Assembly: GCA_963765675.1 (NCBI GenBank)
Contig: CAVXXK010000004.1
Span: 96,001 to 160,000, forward strand
Direction: 5' to 3'
DNA length: 64,000 nucleotides
Source: an uncultured delta proteobacterium
Lineage (GTDB): Bacteria > Desulfobacterota > Binatia > Binatales > Binataceae
The notes beneath the pieces were generated by a model that was not told where the DNA came from, ran no database searches, and saw only the letters and a list, made by a program, of their open reading frames with translations. Position 1 is the first letter of the stretch, and every line of letters begins with the position of its first letter. Below, in pieces: positions 57,015 through 64,000 of the stretch. Position numbers and translations under genes: made by a program.

Positions 57015-57689
57015 ATGAACGAGAGCAAGAACCTCACCACCGCGAAGCAACCGTTCGAGTTTTGCTCGCGCCTCAATTTGACCCTGCTGACCGGACGCAA
57101 AGCGCAGGACCTGGCCGAGATGGCCGAGAACCTGCGCAGCGTGCCCGGCTCCGTGATCTATCATCACACTCACCATTTTCTGGTGCAGCATCAACACCTT
57201 TCGCCGGAGCCGCCCAACGATTTCGCGTACTGGGTGTCGAACATCCTGCTCGACGCGCGGCTGGGCGAGGAGCTGGCGTCGATCGACGTGATGCGATTCT
57301 CGACGATCCATGAACTGCGCGAGGCGCTGGTCAGAGTCATCGAGGCGTCGCTGGAACGCAACAGCGAGGTTCGGGCCGCGCCGCGGGGACAGGAGTTTCA
57401 CTTTATGCGATCGGTATCGTTCGTGATGCCGACGGGGGTGCGCGCCGCCGACTTGCGCGAGTTTCGCAACGCGCTGACCTATGCCTCGCTGAGCGCGATC
57501 TCCTATCACATGTTCGACGCGCGGCTGCGGCTGGAAACGGGCGACAATGATTTCGCGGCGTGGGTCGAAGGACAGCTCGGAGAGAAAGCGCTGGCCGAGT
57601 CGCTGCGGACGCTCGATCCATACACCTACACCGAAGAAGGGCTGCGGCGCAGGATGATCACCCTGGTCGAACAGCGATTGGGCAACTGA
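57015..57689 (+). CDS. DUF5752-like protein (TreT-associated)
   Basis: Duplicated IYHH..NDFAYWV / ISYH..NDFAAWV motifs; adjacent to treT. Confidence 0.75.
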   Translation: MNESKNLTTAKQPFEFCSRLNLTLLTGRKAQDLAEMAENLRSVPGSVIYHHTHHFLVQHQHLSPEPPNDFAYWVSNILLDARLGEELASIDVMRFSTIHELREALVRVIEASLERNSEVRAAPRGQEFHFMRSVSFVMPTGVRAADLREFRNALTYASLSAISYHMFDARLRLETGDNDFAAWVEGQLGEKALAESLRTLDPYTYTEEGLRRRMITLVEQRLGN

Positions 57690-57690
57690 A

Positions 57691-58917
57691 ATGGGCGCAA
57701 AGCTTTCCGAATATATACCGATCGTCGGCGAGGGCGTGGTGCAGGAGCTGACGGTGCTCGGCGCGCGGCTGGCGGGAAAAAAAGTGGTGAACGTCAACTC
57801 GACCCGCAGCGGCGGCGGAGTGGCGGAGATACTGCAGCGGTTGATTCCGCTTCTTGGAGAAGTCGGGATCAACGCGCAATGGGAAGTGGTCGAAGGCACC
57901 CAGGATTTTTTCGCCCTGACCAAGCATCTGCACAACGCGCTGCATGGTACTCCGCACATCTTTACGGCCGAGGACCAGGGCGTCTTCGACCTGACCACGA
58001 AGTCCAACCTCGAGCGGCTCAACCTGAACGGCGACATCATGTTCATCCACGATCCGCAACCCGCGGGGCTGGTGCGCAACCGCGGCGCGATTGGCGGGAA
58101 ATGGATCTGGCGATGCCATATCGACCTGTCGGCGCCGGCGCCGGGAGCGTGGGAATTTATCGAACCGATGGTGCGGCAGTTTGATCTGAGCGTGTTCTCG
58201 GCGCCGCAGTTCACCCGCGCACTGCCGATTCCGCAGATCCTGATCTCGCCATCGATCGATCCGCTGGCGGACAAGAACCGCGAGCTCAGCCGCACCGAGA
58301 TCGACGCGATCCTGACCAGGCTCGGGATTCGCAGCGACAAGCCGATGGTGACGCAGATCTCGCGCTTCGATCGGCTGAAGGATCCGCTCGGAGTGCTCGA
58401 GGCGTGGCAGCTCGCGCGGCGCCGGGTGGATTGCCAACTCGTGCTCGCGGGAGGAGGCGCCAGCGACGACCCCGAAGGCGCGGAGGTTCTGCGCGAGGTG
58501 CGTGAGCGCGCGGGCACTGACGTTGACGTGCATATCCTGGATCTTCCGCCGACCTCGCATATCGAGGTCAACGCGATCCAGAGCGCGTCGGCGGTGGTGA
58601 TCCAGAAATCGCTGAAGGAAGGATTCGGATTGACGGTCTCCGAGGCGCTATGGAAATCGAAGCCGGTCATTGCGGGTGCGGCGGGCGGCATTCCACTTCA
58701 AATCACGCACAAGTATTCGGGCATCCTGACCCACACGATCGAAGGTACCGCTTTCTGGATAAAGCAGTTGCTATCCGAGCCGGAATTCGCGCGGCAACTG
58801 GGGCGCAATGGCCACAATCATGTGCGTTCGAATTTCCTGCTGACGCGGCATATGCGCGACTACATGCTCGCGTTCCTGCTGCTGGACCATCCGAACGTCG
58901 ACGTGATCAGGCTCTAG
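57691..58917 (+). CDS. treT: Trehalose synthase TreT-like GT4 glycosyltransferase
   Basis: NST..GGGVAEIL, HDPQP, WRCHID, PSIDPL..KN and EGFGLTVSEA motifs. Confidence 0.85.
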   Translation: MGAKLSEYIPIVGEGVVQELTVLGARLAGKKVVNVNSTRSGGGVAEILQRLIPLLGEVGINAQWEVVEGTQDFFALTKHLHNALHGTPHIFTAEDQGVFDLTTKSNLERLNLNGDIMFIHDPQPAGLVRNRGAIGGKWIWRCHIDLSAPAPGAWEFIEPMVRQFDLSVFSAPQFTRALPIPQILISPSIDPLADKNRELSRTEIDAILTRLGIRSDKPMVTQISRFDRLKDPLGVLEAWQLARRRVDCQLVLAGGGASDDPEGAEVLREVRERAGTDVDVHILDLPPTSHIEVNAIQSASAVVIQKSLKEGFGLTVSEALWKSKPVIAGAAGGIPLQITHKYSGILTHTIEGTAFWIKQLLSEPEFARQLGRNGHNHVRSNFLLTRHMRDYMLAFLLLDHPNVDVIRL

Positions 58918-58935
58918 GCGCACGGCCGGCAGCGA

Positions 58936-59196
58936 TTAGAAGATCAGGCCAAGTGCATCGCCGATCAGGCGAAACGGGAAGAGGATAATCGTGCCCACGG
59001 CGTTCAGGGTCGAGCCGACTACGCTGTCAGGTTCGTTGGTCGTGGTGGTTGTCGTGCTGGTGGTGCCGGCGGGCGCGTCGGGGTCGGCCGGCTGAACGGT
59101 GGTGGTGGTGGTCTGTTGATCGGAGCATCCGGACAGAATCGCGGGTCCTGCGAGGGTAATCGCCAGAAGCAGGATCGGAAAGGCGCGTCGTTTCAT
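58936..59196 (-). CDS. Small lipoprotein
   Basis: LSGC lipobox; Thr-rich; GGAG RBS. Confidence 0.7.
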   Translation of the reverse strand: MKRRAFPILLLAITLAGPAILSGCSDQQTTTTTVQPADPDAPAGTTSTTTTTTNEPDSVVGSTLNAVGTIILFPFRLIGDALGLIF

Positions 59197-59272
59197 TGTT
59201 GGTTCTCCATCTGACTATTTGCCGATTTCAGGATCGTGCTGCCGGAAACTGGTAAAAGTTAGGAGCAAGGGG

Positions 59273-59288
59273 AGCAAAAGCTGAGCCA
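59273..59288 (-). promoter_or_regulatory. Putative sigma54 promoter
   Basis: TGGCTCAGCTTTTGCT (GG-N10-GC) upstream of the small lipoprotein. Confidence 0.5.
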
Positions 59289-59377
59289 TCGGAATTCGTG
59301 GGGATTATTGGATCGAGAGAAACGCATTGCTGGAAATTTTTTCATGCTCGGATGGATCGTGGGATTGTAGTCGTGCG

Positions 59378-59452
59378 CCCTCACCCGCGCGTCACGACGC
59401 TTGCGAGAAAAACGCAAGCCTCGCGCCGCTTCACCCTCTCCCGGTGGGAGAG
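59378..59452 (-). repeat. REP-like repeat, family A (long form, inverted)
   Basis: Reverse complement of the 42143-type copy. Confidence 0.8.
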
Positions 59453-59487
59453 CGGATTGAAAAGAGTATTGAATAATCCTCCACCGG

Positions 59488-60849
59488 TCAGTTTTCCTGT
59501 GAGTAACGATCCAGTTTGTTGTAAAGGGTCTTGGCGCTCACGCCGAGGACTTGGGCGGCGCGGGTTTTGTTGCCGCCGGTGAATTCGATCGTGCGCGAAA
59601 TGATCTCGCGCTCGACCTCGTCGAGCGAGGAGCCCAAGCGAACCTTGAAGAATCCGCTGTCGCTCTGCGAGGCGGAGCGGAACTCCTCGGGCAGATCGTG
59701 CAGGCCGATCATGCGGCCGTCGCAGACGATCATCGCGCGCTCGATCACGTTGCGCAGTTGGCGGACGTTGCCGGGCCACGGATGCGATCGCAGCGCGGCG
59801 AGGCACTCTTCATCGACGCCCGCGATCTGCTTGTTGTTGCGCTCGGCGTAGTGCGCAACGAACGAATCGATCAGCAGCGGCAGGTCGTCCGAGCGCTCGC
59901 GCAGCGGCGGCAGCCGAATCGAGAAGACGTTCAGCCGATAGAACAAATCCTCGCGCAGCTTGTTGTCGCGCACCGCCTGCTCGATATCCCGGTTCGAGGC
60001 CGCGAGCACGCGCACGTCGAGCGGAATTTCGGCGGAGCCGCCAAGACGGCGCATCCGCTGTTCCTCGATCACTCGGAGCAGCTTGGCCTGCAGCTCGGGT
60101 TTCATCTCGGTGATCTCGTCGAGCAAGAGTGTTCCGCCGTTGGCCAGCTCGAAGCATCCTTCGCGCCTGCGATCGGCGCCGGTGAATGCGCCGCGCTCGT
60201 GGCCGAACAGCTCGCTCTCCATCAGGGTCTCTGGAATCGCGGCGCAGTTGACGCCGACATATGCGGCGCCGCGCCGCGGCGACATCTCGTGGATCGTCCG
60301 CGCGACCAGCTCTTTACCGGTGCCGCTTTCGCCCGAAATTACGACTGAGGCCGCCGACTGCGCGACGCGCTCGATCGCGGCCAGCACTTTGCGCATCGCG
60401 GGCGAGCGGCCGTAGAGCGGACCGAGCTCGCCGACCTCGGCCAGGCGGCGGCGCAGCGCGAGGTTCTCTTCGCGGACCTCGATACTATCGGCCAGCGTGC
60501 GGAGCATCTGGCGCAGATGCGGCGGATCGACGGGCTTGCGCAGATAGTCGAGTGCGCCGAGCTTAATCGCCTCGACCGCTTCGGGAATATCGCCTTCCCC
60601 GGAAATCATGATGGTCGGCAGATTGACGCCCATCTCGCGGATGTCGCGCAGGAGCTCGATGCCGTTCTTGCGCGGCATCTTGACGTCGGCCAGCAGAAGA
60701 TGCGGGTTGAAGGTCTTGATCAACTCGAGCGCACGCACGCCGTCTTCGGCGACTTCGACGGTGTAACCCCAAGTGGTCAGCGACTCGCGCCAGGTCTCAT
60801 GCGTAGAAGTGTCGTCTTCTGCGACCAGGATTCGAGTTGGATGTGCCAT
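59488..60849 (-). CDS. Sigma54-dependent response regulator (NtrC family)
   Basis: Receiver domain; GESGTGKE, GAFTGA, WPGNVRQL; Fis-type HTH. Confidence 0.93.
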   Translation of the reverse strand: MAHPTRILVAEDDTSTHETWRESLTTWGYTVEVAEDGVRALELIKTFNPHLLLADVKMPRKNGIELLRDIREMGVNLPTIMISGEGDIPEAVEAIKLGALDYLRKPVDPPHLRQMLRTLADSIEVREENLALRRRLAEVGELGPLYGRSPAMRKVLAAIERVAQSAASVVISGESGTGKELVARTIHEMSPRRGAAYVGVNCAAIPETLMESELFGHERGAFTGADRRREGCFELANGGTLLLDEITEMKPELQAKLLRVIEEQRMRRLGGSAEIPLDVRVLAASNRDIEQAVRDNKLREDLFYRLNVFSIRLPPLRERSDDLPLLIDSFVAHYAERNNKQIAGVDEECLAALRSHPWPGNVRQLRNVIERAMIVCDGRMIGLHDLPEEFRSASQSDSGFFKVRLGSSLDEVEREIISRTIEFTGGNKTRAAQVLGVSAKTLYNKLDRYSQEN

Positions 60850-61001
60850 TGCTGAACCTCGTCCGGAGAAAAGCGCAATTGTCATACCGGAAGAAAGACT
60901 AGCAACCCATTGAGCAAAGTTAGACGGGGCCGGAAAAATTTACCGTATGTGGAGAAACTATACACCCCGCGAAAGCGGGTTGCACGGTCCGCCCGAGCCG
61001 A

Positions 61002-61472
61002 TCAGCGAACCTCGATCGTACCGAGAAGGATAGAGGCTTTGTGCGCGAGGCTGGTAGCAGCCTCGTACTGCTTTTCGTCCAGAGACTTGCGCGCGCTTGT
61101 GAGCAAGTTCGCCGCAAGGTCATAGCTCTCGGCATCGGCGTCGTCCAGGCGGTTTCGATCGATTCTTCCGATCGTAGCGCTCGCCTCTCCCACCGATTTC
61201 GCGGCGGCATCGCGTTGCCCCGGAGTTGAGTCCGTGATCAGCGCGGGCCTCGGCGCCGCTCTTAACGCCGCCGGATCTTTGAGCCGCGCGGTAGGAGTGG
61301 GTGTCGCGGACGGCGAGGGAGCCGCAGTCGGCGTCGGCAATGCAGCTCGCGACGACGCGGGGTCGGGTGTGACTGTGGCTGCCGGCGGCTGATAGAACGG
61401 CTGCCAGGTGGCGCACGCGGCGATCGTGACCGTCAGGATTGCCGCGCCAAGAAAGGCGATGGTGATGCGCAA
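61002..61472 (-). CDS. Lipoprotein in the two-component operon
   Basis: IAAC lipobox; Pro/Thr linker; helical C-terminus; TTG start inferred. Confidence 0.6.
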   Translation of the reverse strand: MRITIAFLGAAILTVTIAACATWQPFYQPPAATVTPDPASSRAALPTPTAAPSPSATPTPTARLKDPAALRAAPRPALITDSTPGQRDAAAKSVGEASATIGRIDRNRLDDADAESYDLAANLLTSARKSLDEKQYEAATSLAHKASILLGTIEVR

Positions 61473-61494
61473 TGTTTCGATGCCCCGGCTGATA

Positions 61495-63315
61495 CTAATC
61501 GCGCGGATCGATCGAGAGCCGGGACGCGTCGGCCGCGACCGGAAATTTGACGGTGCAGGCGGTTCCTTCACCGACTGTGGATGCAATCTCAATCGTCCCT
61601 TGGTTCAATTCGATCGCGCGCAGGGCGAGCGGCAGTCCAAGTCCGTTACCTTCGCGTTTGGTTGTGTAGTACAGGTCGAATATCTGTTCCATTTTGTCCG
61701 GCGGAATTCCTTCGCCAAGATCTGAAATCTCGAGCTCGACTATTCCGTTGCGCGCGGTGCTGAGCAGCGTTACTGATCCGCCGTTCGGCATCGCCTGTAC
61801 CGCATTCTGGATCAGGTTTGCAAGCGCCTCCGACACCATCGCGCGATCAGCACGAATAGAGGGTAGTTCGGGATCCAGCCGCAACGCCACCGTCACGTTA
61901 CCGCCGGGTTTGACTGTCGAGCTCAACTCGGTCAGCAGGTCGTTCGGATTGAACTCGCTCAACTTGAGCTCGGCCGGACGCATAAAGCGCAGCATCGCTT
62001 CGACCGATTGATCGAGCCGGCGTACGTCGTTGCGCAGATGATCGAGATGGCGGCCGATGTCGCGGCCCGCAGCGGCGTCGTCGCGCAAGAGCCCGATGCG
62101 CAGGCTCATCGATTGGAGCGGGCTACGCAATTGATGCGCGACGCCGGAGATCAGTGCGCCGAGGCGGGCCAGCCGGCTCGAAAATTCCACCACGGTTTCG
62201 AGCTCGTGAACCGCGTTCATGTCGCGCAACACCAGCAGCAGGCCCATCGGACTGCGGCTGCTGCCGAGCCGGAAGAACGACACCAGCATCGAGGCGCGCT
62301 CGGAATCCGGATGGTCGGCCTTGATCGGAACGTCGTGCGCCTCCGCGCCAGACTCGATCGCCGCCTCCGCCATCAGGACCAGCGGATGGTTCTTGCGCAG
62401 GAGCACGCTCAGCAGCCGTCCTTCCGCGCTCCCGGTGCGCGGAATTCCCAGGACCTGGTGCGCCTCCGGGTTGGCGAACAGCAGGATGCCGTCGCCGTCG
62501 AGCAGGATCACGCCGTCGCGAATCGATCGAATCATCTCGAACGCGTGGCTCGGCTTGGTCTCCCAGCGGCCGGATTCGGAGTGGACCTGGCGCGACAGGC
62601 GTTTGAAGCGATCGGCAAGGCCGCCCAGGTCGTTGCCGGCGCCAACGATCGAGCGCGCTTCATCGGAACGGCCAAGGCCGGCGGCGATAAGGCTGAAGCC
62701 CTGGAACATCAGGTTGCGCAGGAGAATCGCGGCCAGGGTAACCGCGACCAGATCAACCGCAATAAACGCTGCGAACACCAGCGCAAGCCTGCGTGCCTGC
62801 GCGGCGATAAGCACGGTCGTGATGGTCACAGAGACGGATGCGAATGGCTTGCCTGCGATCTCGATCGACCGCGTGATCGCGTATTCCCGCTCGACCGACA
62901 ACGCGTGGAGCGCCGGCAGCGGCCACCAGCTCGAAAGCTTATCTTGCAGCACGTTCATCGAAAGCAGAGGGCGCTGCGGTTTGCCGCCGTCTTCGTCATC
63001 TGGCGCCACCATCACGACGCCCTGCGCGTCGAGCACGCGCGCCCGCACGACAGCCCATCCGAATGCCTGGGTGGATGCGAGCAGAGATTTGAGCGCGGCG
63101 TTGCTCTTGAGCGCGGTCGTGGGATCGGTGTGCGAGGTCTCAAGGGTCGTGCGGATCTGCTGGTAGATCTGCTCGGTCATCAGATTGCCGGAATCGGCGA
63201 TACCGTTGACGACGTTTTTGATCGTGTAGGAGAGCGAGAACATCGCGATCGCGATGGTCGGGATCAGTTGCAGGAGCAGGAACGCAACCAGGAATCGTCC
63301 GCGCAAGCGGTTCAT
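61495..63315 (-). CDS. Sensor histidine kinase (PAS)
   Basis: Two TMs; VAHQLRSPL, NLIQNA, DLGEGI and GNGLGL motifs. Confidence 0.92.
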   Translation of the reverse strand: MNRLRGRFLVAFLLLQLIPTIAIAMFSLSYTIKNVVNGIADSGNLMTEQIYQQIRTTLETSHTDPTTALKSNAALKSLLASTQAFGWAVVRARVLDAQGVVMVAPDDEDGGKPQRPLLSMNVLQDKLSSWWPLPALHALSVEREYAITRSIEIAGKPFASVSVTITTVLIAAQARRLALVFAAFIAVDLVAVTLAAILLRNLMFQGFSLIAAGLGRSDEARSIVGAGNDLGGLADRFKRLSRQVHSESGRWETKPSHAFEMIRSIRDGVILLDGDGILLFANPEAHQVLGIPRTGSAEGRLLSVLLRKNHPLVLMAEAAIESGAEAHDVPIKADHPDSERASMLVSFFRLGSSRSPMGLLLVLRDMNAVHELETVVEFSSRLARLGALISGVAHQLRSPLQSMSLRIGLLRDDAAAGRDIGRHLDHLRNDVRRLDQSVEAMLRFMRPAELKLSEFNPNDLLTELSSTVKPGGNVTVALRLDPELPSIRADRAMVSEALANLIQNAVQAMPNGGSVTLLSTARNGIVELEISDLGEGIPPDKMEQIFDLYYTTKREGNGLGLPLALRAIELNQGTIEIASTVGEGTACTVKFPVAADASRLSIDPRD

Positions 63316-63539
63316 GTTAATCCGAGCTTTTCGAGCCGAGGCTCGAGGTCTTGCGATCGGTCAATTTCCAGTTAGCGACTGTTTTGCTGGATCACTTTAG
63401 ACAACAGAGCACTTTACCTGTGTTCCGTAAAGAACAGGTTGTCATCGACGCGACTGGGTACGCGGCGTTTCGTTTTTACACGATCCGGAATCGATCTTAA
63501 CAAAGCTTCGATAATGCGGCAATTTTTGGTTCGGTTCGA

Positions 63540-63555
63540 TGGCAACGATATTGCT
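63540..63555 (+). promoter_or_regulatory. Putative sigma54 promoter
   Basis: TGGCAACGATATTGCT (GG-N10-GC) about 90 nt upstream of 63646. Confidence 0.65.
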
Positions 63556-63645
63556 CCGTCTTTCGTCTCCAACGCGCGGCGCCCTTGACGCTGGCGCGGC
63601 CAATCTTTTGAATTTCAAGCATCGCCCTCAGGAGGTTCGATTAAA

Positions 63646-63900
63646 ATGGTGGACAACAAGCTCGAAGACGGCATCGCCGCTGGATCCGAGGCGTTCGAGA
63701 AGGCGCGCAAGGCCGGCCGCGAGGCGCTCGAGGACGGTTACGAGAACGTGCGCGAGTACGGTGAGAAATCGCTCGAATACGCGAGCCAAGCCGGCGAAGG
63801 CTTGCTCGATTTCGTAAAGCGCGAGCCGCTTTTGGCGGTCGCCGGAGCATTTCTGGTCGGATACGTCGCCGCTCAAATCATCCGCCGGATTTCGGCGTAA
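63646..63900 (+). CDS. ElaB/YqjD (DUF883)-like tail-anchored protein
   Basis: AGGAGG RBS; FVKREPLLAVAGAFLVGY C-terminal TM. Confidence 0.75.
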   Translation: MVDNKLEDGIAAGSEAFEKARKAGREALEDGYENVREYGEKSLEYASQAGEGLLDFVKREPLLAVAGAFLVGYVAAQIIRRISA

Positions 63901-63912
63901 GGCCCGAACACA

Positions 63913-64000
63913 ATGGAGTCGCAAGACGAGTCGACGGTCCTGGTATTCGATAAATCCGCTCTGGCGGACAGAATCAGAGAAAATCCGCTGGCCGCGGTCG
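63913..64000 (+). CDS. Partial ORF, possibly a second DUF883-like protein
   Basis: MESQDE..IRENPLAAV runs off the window end. Confidence 0.45.
   Translation, partial: MESQDESTVLVFDKSALADRIRENPLAAV

Noticed and set aside
1-64000. tRNA, rRNA, CRISPR array, retron or diversity-generating retroelement
   Set aside because: No regularly spaced repeats, reverse transcriptase or recognisable structural RNA gene seen by eye; a covariance search was not possible

Overview
GC-rich bacterial chromosomal window. My unverified impression from protein style is a Ca. Binatota-like organism. Host genes occupy about 1-21 kb (trmI, PBP1B, arn-type L-Ara4N genes, purE, murF) and 53-64 kb (sugar ABC transporter, TreT, a sigma54 two-component system). 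Between them (about 21.0-52.5 kb, almost all minus strand) is a Mu-like myovirus structural cluster: repressor, Mor/C-type activator, lysis cassette, terminase, portal, protease/scaffold, capsid, contractile tail, baseplate and fibre/spike. It does not look like an ordinary prophage. (1) No transposase, integrase or replication gene is visible. (2) The repressor's Ser/Lys autocleavage dyad reads Thr/Arg. (3) The small-terminase candidate appears to lack its N-terminal DNA-binding region. (4) An RRM RNA-binding gene sits in the tape-measure slot, and a short tape-measure-like gene sits between the terminase genes. (5) About 6.6 kb of host-type genes split the head module. (6) Host palindromic repeats lie inside the operons. 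(7) The spike-position protein has a Sec-type signal peptide. Functional cis-signals are nonetheless kept: two matching late-promoter-like motifs, a -1 slippery site and an internal scaffold start. My best hypothesis is a host-domesticated, Mu-derived gene-transfer-agent-like particle; a decaying cryptic prophage is the null. Five +1 frameshifts, most in short base runs, suggest assembly errors. No rRNA, tRNA or CRISPR array was seen. All family calls come from motif recognition, not database searches.
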